DNA of 64,000 nt. Source: Octopus vulgaris. Its lineage: Eukaryota. The notes under the pieces were generated by a model that saw nothing but the letters and a program-made list of their open reading frames with translations, was not told where the DNA came from and made no database searches. The first letter of the stretch is position 1. Every line of letters begins with the position of its first letter. Below, piece by piece: positions 1-12,948 of the stretch. A program made the translations under genes and the position numbers. The stretch spans positions 55,490,001-55,554,000 of the forward strand of contig OX597816.1 of NCBI GenBank assembly GCA_951406725.2. The letters run 5' to 3'.

Positions 1-127
1 GTGCTACTTACGTTTATAGCACTGTCCAGTATAGGACGCCACACCTGGCTGGTAATTATATGTTACGATTCCGTATTACTGCTGTTTATATCTCGCTCAG
101 AGATTTAATACAGTATATATATATATA

Positions 128-296
128 TTTCTCTCCTTGATTCTCTCCTTGTTTTTTTTTTCTGTGTCTCTTTCTGTAGAAGAGCGTAGGCTCGAAACGT
201 AAAATACTTTTTCTATTCCTGAGCGTTATATTAATGCATCTGTTTGTTTTGTGCATCACATGTCTTCGTCTATTGTTTGTTTCGTAAATTCTCCCT
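128..296 (+). mobile_element. (TA)n-anchored PLE-type terminal fragment, family H1, with minimal hammerhead motif (~166-205)
   Basis: CTGTAGA-A-GAGC(GTAG)GCTC-GAA-ACGT-A, then a T-rich tail into (TA)n. Related copies at ~2030-2200, 12785-12913, 15020-15060 and 39602-39790(-). Confidence 0.6.
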
Positions 297-1483
297 ATAT
301 ATATATATATATATAAACATATTTATATGCGTGCACACAGACACACATAATGACACATGTTAGTTGAAGGTTATCATCGTTTATATGGACAATTTATAAA
401 CAGTTACAGCAATTTTATGCCTCCGACGTAAACCCGAACATATAATATTCGGAAATCGCGAAATATCTGAAATAATAGAATTTAAAGTAAAACATGAGAA
501 GCTTTTTTTAATAATTCATTAAAATATTGTTGCTTCAATGAGCAGGTACAGAGCTATGATAGATAGCATTGCTAACGCTTTAACATTGTTCAAGAAATCC
601 ATTTAATTACGCAATGTGTCGACTAAATTCCCAATTATCCAATTAGCAAGAAATCAATAGTATAAACTACTAAAATAATGAGTTAAATTAATTAAAACCA
701 ACAACCCACTCCATATATATATATACACATATATACACACACGTATACACAGACACATGTATGTATGTGTGTGTGTGTGTGCGTGTGTGAATCTCTCACT
801 AAATTGTGCGTTTCTTGTTGACTAACACGACTTCAGAGGTCAAAGCCATTTTACGACAATTATAAAAATGATGTTAAAAAGAAAAAGAAATAAAATTCAG
901 GAAGAAGAAAACGAAATACATCAATTTTAACATGGCGACCTAATGTTTAACGGATATCATCTTAATAAAGGGGAGTCCGCTATCGATTGTTCTATAGGAT
1001 AAAAGTGAGGGAAACGAAGGGAGAGAACAGGAAGAGGGAGGCGAAACATAAAAGGATGAGGGGAGAGAGAAAGAAAACGAGGAAGAAATAAAGAAAAAAA
1101 AAAACGTGAGATCGTCTTTATATTTATTGAGGTCTGTTAAACTTAGCAAAATACGGAAACAGCCACGTGTTTATATATAAATATTCATAACCACGCGCAG
1201 ACACAGACACACACGCAATCACGTACGCACGCACACATACACACACACACACACACTTATTGAAATGTATGTCAAGTCATTCTTGCTTTATGCAAATTCT
1301 CCCTATGTATCATATATCCAGTATGACACGTTGCTTCTACAGTCTTCGTTGGAAGTGTTCGTTTATTGACGAAAGCATTTAAATGTATTTAAATGTATCA
1401 CTAAAATGGTGTGATCATTATAAACAGATTACCCAGCGATGTGATCACAGAAGTGCACACAAGCATATATTCATATACATATC

Positions 1484-1866
1484 TCTTTTACTCTTTTACA
1501 TGTTTCAGTCATTTGACTGTGGCCATGCTGGAGCACCGCCTTTAATCGAGCAAATCGACCCCGGGACTTACTCTTTGTAAGCCCAGTACTTATTCTATCG
1601 GTCTCTTTTGCCGAGCCGCTAAGTAACGGAGACGTAAACACACCAGCATCGGTTGTCAAGCAATGCTAGGGGGACAAACACAGACATACAAACACATATA
1701 CATATATACACATATATACGCCAGGCTTCTTTCAGTTTCCGTCTACCAAATTCACTCACAAGGCATTGGTCGGCCCGGGGCTATAGCAGAAGACACTTGG
1801 CCAAGATGCCACGCAGTGGGACTGAACCCGGACCCATGTGGCTGGTTAGCAAGCTACTTACCACAT
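1484..1866 (-). mobile_element. tRNA-derived SINE family S1 (5' slightly truncated)
   Basis: Reverse complement of the repeat at 2218-2627, with B-box-like GGTTCAGTCCC, central (TA/TG)n and GTAAAAGA tail. Confidence 0.85.
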
Positions 1867-2217
1867 AGCGAGGATTCATGAGAATCTAGGCGCATCAAGA
1901 GGCAGGACATCAGAAATGGCCACGGAGGGTAACATAGACCCCACTGTGAAGCAAACAATATTGAACATATTATGTGCTGGTAGGATACGGTATATATGCA
2001 AGCACTATGCTTGACCGCTAAATCTGCAGGATTTTTTTTTGTTCTCTCTCTGTTTTGTTTTGTTTTGTTTGTTCGCATTGCTTTCTATTCAAGAGCGTAG
2101 GGTCGAAACGTAAAACATTTTTTCCTTTTTCATTTTCACGATCGTCAAACATGCTTGCTGTTCATACACTTGTCTTCGTTTTTCTTTTTCAATAAATTTA
2201 ATATATTTATATATATC

Positions 2218-2627
2218 AGGAGTGGCTGTGTGGTAAGTAGCTTGCTAACCAACCACATGGTTCCGGGTTCAGTCCCACTGCGTGGCATCTTGGGCAGGTG
2301 TCTTCTGCTATAGCCCCGGGCCGACCAATGCCTTGTGAGTGGATTTGGTAGACGGAAACTGAAAGAAGCCTGTCATATATATGTATATATATATATATGT
2401 GTGTGTGTTTGTGTGTCTGTATTTGTCCCCCTAGCATTGCTTGACAACCGATGCTGGTATGTTTACGTCCCCGTCACTTAGCGGTTCGGCAAAACAGACC
2501 GATAGAATAAGTACTGGGCTTACAAAGAATATGTCCCGGGGTCGATTTGCTCGACTAAAGGCGGTGCTCCAGCATGGCCGCAGTCAAATGACTGAAACAA
2601 GTAAAAGAGTAAAAGAGTAAAGAGTAA
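2218..2627 (+). mobile_element. tRNA-derived SINE family S1, near full length
   Basis: A box TGGCTGTGTGG, B box GGTTCAGTCCC, internal microsatellite and tandem GTAAAAGA tail. More than 15 copies or fragments in the window. Confidence 0.9.
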
Positions 2628-2632
2628 TATAT

Positions 2633-2864
2633 ACCAGAGTAAACACATAAATGTGAAAACAAGGTGGAGAAAAGAGTACTCAGATACCAGGGGTAGAGTA
2701 ATATGCTTTATTCAAAAGCAGCAGAAATTCAACAAAACCTGTCACTCGGATATTCACGTTCCCGCTCGTCGGACAGTTTTGTTAAAATTGAACCGACGAA
2801 CGGGAACGTGAAACTCCGAGTAACAAGTTTTGTTGAATTTCTGCTACTTTTGAATAAAGTATAT
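2633..2864. mobile_element. Fold-back element family H2 with hammerhead motif in each arm
   Basis: Inverted arms 2701-2772 and 2793-2864, a one-sided extension 2633-2700, and TA flanks. Motif CCGACGA-ACG(GGAA)CGT-GAA-ACTC(C)GAGT-A. Second copy at 60014-60244. Confidence 0.75.
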
Positions 2865-3058
2865 ATATATATATATATATATTATATATGCGTATGCGTG
2901 TGTGTGTGTGTGTATGGATATACAGACATATATAGATAAATGCTTGTTTTTATGTCGGGTTACAATATATTACGTTAAAATTAAGGGCTCTTTAATACTT
3001 ATTTTAGAGTATACGTTTCTAATTTCTACAAAAGAATATAGTTGTCAGTGTTTTGAAT

Positions 3059-3108
3059 GTTTCGGCCTGTGTAGACTTCAGTCTGATTCAGGCTAAACAG
3101 GCCGAAAC
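3059..3108. repeat. Short imperfect palindrome with GGCCGAAAC ends
   Basis: GTTTCGGCCTGT...ACAGGCCGAAAC. Confidence 0.7.
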
Positions 3109-3166
3109 TTCGAAATCACTCTCAACACTGTTTGGTTGAAAACAACAATGTATATATATATATATA

Positions 3167-3199
<33 letters not shown>

Positions 3200-3202
<3 letters not shown>

Positions 3203-3237
3203 GGCGTAGCAGTGGCTGTGTGCTAGATATCTGTCAG

Positions 3238-3297
<60 letters not shown>

Positions 3298-4120
3298 GTA
3301 TATATAAATAAGTATTAAACAGCCGGTTGTCAAGCGATGTTGGGGGAGGGGGGCAAACACAACACACAAACATACACATATATATATACATATATATGAC
3401 GGGTTTCTTTCAGTTTCCGTCTACTTTGGTCGGCCCGAGGCTATAGCAGTAGACACTTGCCCAAGGTGCCACGGAGTGTGACTGAACACGGAACCATGTG
3501 GTTCATATGCAAGCTACTTACCACACAGCCACTCTTACGCCTATACATATATATATACTTGCCCAAGGTGCCACGCAGTGTGACTGAACCCGGAACCATG
3601 TGGTTCATATGCAAGCTACTTACCACACAGCCACTCCTACGCCTATACATATACGCCTATACATATATATATATATATATATATATGTATAGGCATAGGA
3701 GTGGCTGTGTGGTAAGTAGCTTGCATATGAACCACATGGTTCCGGGTTATATATATATATGTATAGGCGTAGGAGTGGCTGTGTGGTAAGTAGCTTGCAT
3801 ATGAACCACATGGTTCCGGGTTCAGTCACACTGCGTGGCACCTTGGGCAAGTGTCTTCTGCTATAGCCTCGGGCCGACCAAAGTAGACGGAAACTGAAAG
3901 AAACCCGTCATATATATGTATATATATATGTGTATGTTTGTGTGTTGTGTTGGCCCCCCCCTCCCCCAACATCGCTTGACAGCCGATGCTAGTGTGTTTA
4001 CGTCCCCGTAACTTAGAGGTTCGGCAAAAGAGACTGATAGAATAAGTCCTGGGGTCGATTTCCTCGACTAAAGGCGTTGCTCCAGCATGGCCACAGTCAA
4101 ATGACTGAAACAAGTAAATG
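3200..4120. mobile_element. Cluster of rearranged S1 SINE copies and heads in both orientations
   Basis: Minus copy 3320-3545, minus head 3558-3645, plus head 3690-3748, plus copy 3766-4120. They share the CATATGAACC variant. Confidence 0.85.
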
Positions 4121-4842
4121 AAAAAGGAAAAAATATATCATACAGACACACACATAGATACGCGTATACAAACATACAAGTATGTATATAGTACTTCAAC
4201 ATTAGATGTATTGAAATGTTATAACTAGCGGAAGTAAGAGGTAGTAAAAGATATAAAGATAAAATTTTATAAACGAGAAACGTGTGAATTTTTAAACATA
4301 ACATCTTTCTGTGTTCCATAGTTTTAAAGTGTAAATAATCTTGTGATTGCATTTGATTATTATCGCATTTCCTTTATCGAGAAATAGTCTACTGGAAAGT
4401 AAAATTGGTATTGCCTTCTGGCAGCATAATTGCAAAGCTCTTCGTTTTCCGTTCATGGATTTGCCAATTTTACAATGCTCCACTGCATACTTTACACATT
4501 TGTTACATTTCTGATTTGCCCGTCGAATTCTGCTAATGAAGTTGAGTACAAAAATAATGTAATTTTAAAGGAGCGTATACGTTCATAAACTTGTTCTAAA
4601 ATATTTTTATTTTGAAGCCAATTACTTCCATAGTGAACGCATATGTAACTACTTTACATTTATATACAATATTTTTGACCACTGTAAGAAATAGCTTATC
4701 ACTTGGTTTCTGAGTACTACAGGATTTTCGGTTTAAAAAGATTTTTAAAACTGAAAGCTCTATGAACGCATATTGCATCCAACACCCGTTGCAGATACAC
4801 AATATTTACAAGGTTCTGTATCCTCTGAGAGATATCTGTCAG

Positions 4843-4887
<45 letters not shown>

Positions 4888-4919
4888 AGTGATCACCGTG
4901 ACCGACGCGCTTCGTATTG

Positions 4920-5140
4920 TCTTAGCCTTCAAATGACGCCACCCTGCTGGCTATGCGAGCAGGCCAACAGAAGAAAGAGTGAGAGAAAGTTGCGGCGAAA
5001 GAGTACAGCAGGGTTCGCCACCACCCCCTGCCGGAGCCTCGTGGAGCTTTAGGTGTTTTCACTCAATAAACACTCACAACGCCCGGTCTGGGAATCGAAA
5101 CCGCGAGTCCGCTGCACTAAACACTAGGCCATTGCGCCTC
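4920..5140 (-). mobile_element. tRNA-derived SINE family S3
   Basis: Minus strand GGAGGCGCAATGGCCTAGTG...GGTTTCGATTCCC. Matches 36490-36840 and 52720-53122. Confidence 0.8.
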
Positions 5141-5141
5141 C

Positions 5142-5173
<32 letters not shown>

Positions 5174-5786
5174 ACATATATATATATATATATCCTTTTA
5201 CTTGCTTCTGTCATTTGACTGCGGTCGAGCTGGAGCACCGCATTTAGTCGAGCAAATCGACCCCAGGACTTATTCTTTGTAAACCTATTACTTATTTTAT
5301 GGCGATGTTGTGAACCTTGGCACTATGCAGCAGTGCTTCGTTCTGCTCTTTGTGTATATATATTTATATATATACACATGTTAATGTGTGTATTAAAGCA
5401 AATTATAAAAATCCTATTCCGCTTGTAAGGCACAATTTTCTTTGGCTGGCCTCCAGCCCTGTCATCTTTATTTGCGAATATAACCCAGGTTAATACAACA
5501 CAGGGGGCATAATTTTGGCATGCGTGTTGACAATTTATCTCCCTCTAGATTCATTTAAAGCAAAATATTCTATTCCTGTCCATGAGATTACTCGCCTTGT
5601 TAAATGAATCAGAGTACAACGGTTCGAATATAGCGAGTCTTGCGCTATGTCCCAACATGTTTAGGGACGTCTGTAGCGTTCTAGCATTTAAAACAATAGC
5701 AATTTTTATGTTTCAATCATGACCGCATTCATGTGGGTGCAGTATCTCTGGTTCATAATTGTTATTATTATTACATCGCAAACCAG

Positions 5787-6095
5787 GGTGGCGAGATTTT
5801 CGGATCGTTAGCACGATGGGCAAAGTGCTTGACGGCATCTCATCCGTCCTTACGTTTGTGAGTTCAAATTATGCCAAGGTCGACTTTGCCTATCATCGTT
5901 TCGAGGTCGACGAATAGTGGATCGCAATGTGGCAAGCTTGTAGAATCGCTGGAACGCCGGACGAAATTCTTAGCAGCATTTCGTCTGTCTTCACATTCTG
6001 ATTTCAAATTCCACCGGGTTCAAGCTTTTGGGGGGTCGATAAAATAAGCACCTCCTCTCGAAATTGTTGACCTTGTGCCAAAATTTGAAACCAAT
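5787..6095 (+). mobile_element. Two tandem degenerate SINE family S2 copies
   Basis: Similar to 10466-10699 (GAGTTCAAATT...GGTCGACTTTGCC). Confidence 0.65.
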
Positions 6096-7132
6096 ATTCA
6101 TTTACACAGATTGCTTACTGTATCTATAATCTGTTATACATCCAATACTAAAGTTTAAAATTGTTTTCCTTTTACCCTTCGAAGCTTCTTTCTCTCGTTA
6201 TTAAATATTTTACTTTGACACGGCCTGGATAATTGGCACCACCGACCAGCCAATCAATACTCCAGTTATAATAGTTATCTATTAAAGCTTACGTAATCAT
6301 CGCTACTTAATATTCTACTTTTTGCCAGATTTAATTGTCAAATCTCCTTTCGTCGTAAATTTATGATTCCATCTGTATATTTCATTGAAACCAGGTTATT
6401 CCTCTTTATAGCATCTCCATGATATTATTATATATTAACTATTTACTCTGCGAATTTTGCTCCCCTTCATGATTTGAGATATGCAAATTGCGTCTATACA
6501 ATTTACCATTATATAAAATATTTGATTTATCTCAACATTCCACACTTTCTTTTACTTACTGCTTTATATGCTACTTAAACAATTCTCCTTCATCAAACAT
6601 AGCATACAGTTTTACATATATTCATTCACATATATATATATATACTCAGATGCATGTGTGCGTATATAGATATGCATTTGTGAGAGTGTGCGAATGAGTG
6701 TATGTACGTCTGTATCCATATCTTCTTTTCTATGCATCTACAAATTCGTCTCCATAAGTTTTCCATTTGATTTATCTTCCGTCTGTTAACTCTTCCGCTA
6801 GTTTTGCCGTCGTTCTGATTCGAAATGTTCTGCCGAGCAGATATTCTATATCCGTGTATCACCTTAACAACCTTATGTTAATACTTCTTAGCTTTTGGCT
6901 CCGGTATTTATGTTTAAATAGTTTTCTTTAACTACTCTTAGACAATTGGTTACTGGCGAAAGTTCGAAATCATTTTCGTTTTGGATATTTTCTAATATAA
7001 TAGACAGCTTTCGAACTGAGTTGTGTATACAGTTAATTTATTGGCACTGGGATTGTTTGTGGCTTGAATCTTCTTTATAACACAGCCACCAAGAAAATAT
7101 GTATGTGGATATGTATCTTTCTCTCTGCGTAC

Positions 7133-7147
7133 CTATCTATCTATCTT

Positions 7148-7246
<99 letters not shown>

Positions 7247-7283
7247 GTCTGTCTGTCTATCTATCTATCTAGATAAATGGATG

Positions 7284-7345
<62 letters not shown>

Positions 7346-7350
7346 CAGAC
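7133..7350. repeat. Inverted compound microsatellite (CTAT)n/(ATAG)n
   Basis: The (CTAT)n run turns into (ATAG)n at TCTAGA ~7268. Confidence 0.9.
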
Positions 7351-7376
7351 AGCTCGGTAGCTAGCTAGCTTTATAT

Positions 7377-7440
<64 letters not shown>

Positions 7441-7847
7441 GTTGTATACTGTCAACTCAACGTGACAGTCCCGTAAGGGAATTGCACCACCACCATTCAG
7501 CCCTAGGAAACATCGACGTTTTCTGTCGGCTTTGACACATTTTCTGTGTTCTTATATTTGCAAAGGGGGGGCAATCACCCCCGCCAGCTGGGACTAGCAC
7601 CTGAAGACATATGTTTCTGAGTGTATTGCTCGTCATCACTCCAGGGTGCAAGTCTCGCTCGCTGGGATCTTTATTAAAGGCACAATTGCCTGAATGAACA
7701 GGGGGCATAACAATACAAAACAAGACATGGGGTACATATAACAAAAATACAGAAAAAATGATATGAAATGAAATATTAACAATGAATTAAATGAAATGGC
7801 TTACGAGCCCCCCAAAGCTCGCAGTTTCATTTACAATTACAGTTATT

Positions 7848-9110
7848 CTATCTGGGGTGTTCGTCACTAATATAAACGAGTAATTCATCCTGCTCTATAA
7901 CGCCGGGTAAACTGTCATATCGAACGTAGTGCGCAATGCACACAGCTGTATTTGAAAACAAATTTATTAATTTATTTACCGTCTCTTTTTCCACTATTAC
8001 AGCCTTTATTTGGTTATCGTATATCCTCGGTTTCAATTTCACTCTCGTTAGATATTTTATTATCGCTAATTTTTTCTCAATTTTTTATCTTTTCGGTACA
8101 ACTCTAAGATTTCTTCCTTTGGGTCTTCCTCATTCCTTCCATGTTTTCAGACATTCCTCCACTTTTCTGATCCATTTTTCCGTTTCCTCCCACGTTCGAC
8201 CTTCACTCACTTCAGTTGTTTTATTTTTCCATTCGTGTGTTCGATCTTCTGTCTCGACGGCAGACTTTTTTGTTTGTTTTTTCTTTTTTTGGTCTTTGGG
8301 TGGTTATTTCACCCCTGTTCGCTTTCTATCCTCTTTTTATTCTATTCTCTCCTTTTCTTTCTCCTTCTCTAGCTCGTCGCCACTTTCCATATTATCTGTT
8401 GTCATGATCTCTTCTCCCGCTAGTAGTTCTACATTCTCTCTTTCTAACTCCCCATGTCAAAGCTTTTATTCCTTCCTCCAGGGTTATCGTATTCTCTTGT
8501 TTTTTTGAGGACACACATCCTTCATGTGCCCTCTGCTCTTACATTTATAACATACTGGAGGTCTCTCATCCACCACGATTCTCAGTCGTGTCTCTACGGG
8601 GAACACCAACTCCTAGGAGATGTTGTACAAATCTGGCATGGTTATGTGGATTAAGGCTTCCACCGCATAACCCCACCAGTTTATTTCATTCGACCTTTCC
8701 ACCTTGAATATATCCACGTCCTCCTTGCAGTTGTAAATTATTGCAGCTACTATACTTTCGGTATCAAGTCCCGATGGAATTTTGCTTATCCGCACCCTCG
8801 CCGCACTTCTACCGCAATAAGTAGGAAGTAATACCCATTTATCTGATCTCAACGCTGTCGTTGCATTCCTTTTTTGCTTCATCTTCATTTTCGAAGCGAA
8901 CTTCTACTGTTGCGCATTGTCTACCTCTATTGTAGATGGTAGTTCTTCCTTTTATTCCTTGTAAACATTTTTCAATCTCTTCTACTTCTGCCACTTTTAT
9001 TCTTTTTGAGACCACACTCCATGTTCAGTATGTTATCGTTTTTCTCTTTGCTTTTTTAACTTCTGGTGTTGTAATCCTCAGACAGTCTCCTTCCTTTTTG
9101 AAGCTGCCAT
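7848..9110 (-). pseudogene. Decayed ORF1/gag-like protein with CCHC zinc knuckle
   Basis: Reading through the stop at 8613 gives ...RVRISKIPSGLD...*ELVFPVETRLRIVVDERPPVCYKCKSRGHMKDVCPQK (CX2CX4HX4C), followed by a K/E-rich region. Candidate ATG at 9110; stops and frameshifts present. Confidence 0.7.
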
Positions 9111-9528
9111 AGTATTTCCTCGGGTTTTCCTTCTCAATAATTTCTTCTTTTAACTGTAATGCGTCAGCAGACAGGCTTTTGCCTGCTGCTTTCGCATAAG
9201 TCTGGGCTTACATACCCAACAAAGAATTCAACGATTATAACGTTCAACACAAAGCAACAATTTTCAACAACAATAATCAACAAAATTCAACTCACAACTG
9301 CAAATCTGAAAAACCGACACAAACACTTCCGCGTGACGTTATCATCTAGGGTAGGAAGTCTCGCTCGCAATGCCCTGAATGAAGAGGGGACATAACAATA
9401 CAATACATCCTTTCTGTATTTTTGTTATATGTTATATGTACCCCATGTCTTGTATTGTATTGTTATGTCCTCTCTTCATTCAGGCCATTGTGCCTATAAT
9501 AAAGATTTCAGCGAGCGAGACTTGCACA

Positions 9529-9572
9529 CTGGACTGATGACGCGCAATGCACTCAGAAACATATGTCTTCAG
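9529..9572 (+). ncRNA. Putative minimal type-I hammerhead ribozyme
   Basis: Stem I CTGGA/TTCAG, core CTGATGA, weak stem II, GAA, palindromic stem III ACATATGT, GUC site. The mirror copy at 7600-7645(-) has GTGATGA. Confidence 0.6.
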
Positions 9573-9794
9573 GTGCTAGTCCCAGCTGGCGGGTGTGATT
9601 GCCTCCCCTTTGCAAATATAAGGACACAGAAAATGTCTCAAAGCCGACAGGAAACGTCGATGTTTCCTAGGGCTAAATGGCGGTGGTGTAATTCCTTTAT
9701 GGGACTGTCACGTTGAGTTGACAGTATATAACCACTATATCGCTCCACTACCGCTCATGTCTCTCTGAGACATTCAGAAATTCAATGTTTCTAA

Positions 9795-9862
<68 letters not shown>

Positions 9863-9871
9863 TAGATAGAG

Positions 9872-9933
<62 letters not shown>

Positions 9934-9962
9934 ATAGATAGACGGATGGATAGATAGATAGG

Positions 9963-10003
<41 letters not shown>

Positions 10004-10465
10004 GGAGAAAGAGATGGAGAGAGAGAGAAAGAGAGATTGACAGATAGATGGAAATAAATATATACAGAAAGAGAAATAGAGAGTGAGAGAGAGAGGGAGA
10101 GATTACATACACACGCACACACACTCATACTTGTATACGGTAGATACACACTAAATTCGCAACCAAGTATCGAAACCTCGTGCTGCATGTTCGATTTCTC
10201 GCTTCCCCCTCGATGGTACCAATCAAATTTGTGCCCACTTCAAGTGAAGCTGCATGTAACTTATCCAATTCCATAGTTACTGAACTAGTTCCACTTCAAC
10301 ACCGATATAAATACAAGGCACCTGTAGAAAAATATTTCTTTTTCTAGTCGACCTTCAGAGAGTAATTTCTTTGCTTCTTATCTTTCCTTGCTGTGACGTC
10401 AGTCAATGAAAAAGGCAACGCATTCCCTCTGCGACGTTCACACAGTTAATTTTTCTCTTTCTTAA

Positions 10466-10699
10466 GGCGGCGAGCTGGCAGAAACGTTAGCACGCCTGGC
10501 GAAGTGCTTAGCGGTATTTCGTCTGCCGTTACGTTCTGAGTTCAAATTCCGCCGAGGTCAACTTTACCTTTCATCCTTTCGGGGTCGAAAAATTAAGTAC
10601 CATTTACGCACTGAGGTCGATATAATCGACTTAATCCGTCTGTCTTTCCTTGTTTGTCCCCTCTGTGTTTAGCCCCTTGTGGGTAGTAAAGAAACAGGA
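10466..10699 (+). mobile_element. SINE family S2, full length
   Basis: GGCGGCGAGCTGGCAGAAACG...GAGTTCAAATTCC...GTAAAGAAA. Copies at 13722-13935, 25526-25700, 26450-26670, 33536-33758(-) and 37507-37739(-). Confidence 0.85.
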
Positions 10700-10749
10700 G
10701 GAACAATGTGGGAGGCCGAGAGCTATTACGTGGTATGATCAACTGACAG

Positions 10750-11510
10750 TAATGTCATAAGACAAATGACCTCTTACCAAACCGGATGTCCTGTGTTGCT
10801 CCGCCAAACTATCAACAAACTGGCAGCCTGTTTCCTCGATCTAAGTAGGTTGCAGAGGAAATATTCTAGTGTATATATGGAGTTATTAGAGTTGCAGCGA
10901 AAGGAATCCCTTATGCAGAAAGAGCCGTGAATGGGTCTGGTGAGTGTGGTGGTGATGCAAAGGAAAGGGTTGGAATGTGTTAGTGCGAAAGAGAGAAGGA
11001 AACTCCGAGGGGAACATTTTATGGGGCAGAAACAGCTAGGGACTAGTAGGCTGCACAGGTTGCAGAAAGAGAGAATGGGTGGGAGAGAGCAGAAACAGGA
11101 AGTGGTAGGTTTAGATTGCACTTGGGGGAAGAAGCAAAAGATGGTGTGTTGTACGTGCAACTTGCTGAGAAGGAACCCAGATGTGATAGGAAATGCGGGG
11201 TGGGATGTAAGGGCTGAGGTACGATCAACAGCATAGAAGCGGCAAAGAGCAAAAATGGACAATAGAGGGACAGTAAGTACGTCCAAAGATGAAGTGGCCC
11301 ATAGTTTGAACCTGCTTACTGAAGTCGATACAGTAGTTAATGAAGCGCCGGAGACAGAGAAACTGGGATTAAGGGACAGAGCTCTTACTCTGGGTGGGGT
11401 GAGGGGAAAGATTAATGGTAGGAGTGGGAGTTGGAGAGGTTGATGATGGAAGTGGTGATGTTATGTGTGGGGAGGTCGATGAATATATTGATGTCGAGCA
11501 AATGAAGTGA
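10750..11510 (-). pseudogene. Degenerate Penelope-like element (RT thumb + GIY-YIG endonuclease)
   Basis: HPTQSKSSVP*SQFLCLRRF resembles the PLE motif HP..K.SIPYSQFLRLRR. IRDSFRCNSNNSIY...IEETGCQFVDSLAEQ resembles the GIY-YIG region. Confidence 0.7.
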
Positions 11511-11733
11511 GGTGTCGGAGCATATTTGTGCAAGTGGTTATTTTTGTATATAGGTTTTACATAAATAATGGATTTGCTAATTTCCATGTAATTTAAATTC
11601 TGTCAGTTAAATTGACGAATGTTTTTAGGTAACAATTATTCATGTTATTTAAAATTCTGAAGGTTTAGCATTTCTGTTCACTTAACACTAATCATTTTCG
11701 ATTATCTATTTATATGTATACAAACATACATCC

Positions 11734-11769
<36 letters not shown>

Positions 11770-11949
11770 GCATGTGGAACGAGCGTATGTATTAAATCTA
11801 GTTTTGTATTAAATCTAATTTTGATTCAACATATTTTTCTCCTCCATTTTTTATACTTGTTTATGCTATATTTATACCTGTAACGATATTTTTCAACTAT
11901 ATAGATACATACACACACACACACATATATACATATATATAAATATATG

Positions 11950-11993
<44 letters not shown>

Positions 11994-12001
11994 TATATAC
12001 A

Positions 12002-12051
<50 letters not shown>

Positions 12052-12784
12052 TACATACATCACATATATATACATATATATATGTATGCATGCATGCATG
12101 TATGTACATATGTATGTATATATTAGTAAAATGTAAGGGATTACCTCAAAACAATTATCAGTTTGCTCTCAGGTGTTCAAAATATGTTAATCAACAGTTA
12201 TCGTATAAATCCAGTAAAGTTTTTAGAAGATAAAAGATTAGAGGAATATTCCGTTGGATTATTCTGAACATATTTCCTAAACAATACCGGTTTCCTGATT
12301 AATTATTCACTTATAATTGGCAAATGTGAATTTCATTAAGCGGCCATACCGAGGGACATCAGGCTAAAACCATGAAGAAACTGCACCGTAGTATTGTAGG
12401 GTTGCAATTACAACGATTACTATTCGGTGCAACTGAAACATGCTTTGGTCTTAAAAGGCAGAACATAATTATAGAATTAAAGGTAATACTATTACTACTT
12501 CGGAGTAATCCTTACTTTTAATACTGTCAACACACACACACGCACAGACACACACACAAACACACATATACATGCATAGATGTTAAATATATTATCTTTG
12601 TTTTATTTTCTTGATCTCAATCATTGGACTGCGGTCATGCTGCGGTACCGTGTTGAAGGCATTAATCGAACCAACCACCCAATGCTTTCAGTTATCCTAT
12701 CGGTTTTATACCGAACCGGTTAGATATGAGCACGTGAGCAAACCAATACTGCTTGTCGAGCGAACGTAGGGAACTCGAAGGCGT

Positions 12785-12913
12785 CCGTTTCTGTAGAAGA
12801 GCGAAGTTTCGAAACATAAAAGACGTTTTTAATTTCCTGAGCATTATACTAATACATCTGTTTGTTTTGTACACCATCTGTCTTCGTCTTTTGTTTTTTT
12901 CGTGAACTCTCCC
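12785..12913 (+). mobile_element. Family H1 terminal fragment (decayed hammerhead)
   Basis: CTGTAGAAGAGCGAAGTTTCGAAACATAAAAGAC plus the same tail as 128-296, ending at (TA)n. Confidence 0.65.

Positions 12914-12948
<35 letters not shown>

Larger units (their letters stand above)
7434..9740 (-). mobile_element. Element with ~320-bp inverted terminal repeats carrying a hammerhead motif and an internal gag/ORF1-like pseudogene
   Basis: 7434-7754 is the reverse complement of 9411-9740 (near-identical 95-aa spurious ORFs at 7457- and 9429+). Partial direct copy at 9337-9407. (TA)n lies on the left and ~60 bp beyond the right end. Confidence 0.8.

Noticed and set aside
1653-1881. Recurrent peptides such as MPRSGTEPGTMW and RCHAVGLNPEPCG
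   Set aside because: They are translations of the S1 SINE, not a gene family.
7457-7744. 95-aa ORF duplicated at 9429-9716
   Set aside because: It lies within the terminal repeat, has a non-ATG start, shows no domain, and overlaps the HHR; probably incidental.
7936-8508. 190-aa hydrophobic plus-strand ORF
   Set aside because: It is the antisense shadow of the K/E-rich minus-strand ORF.
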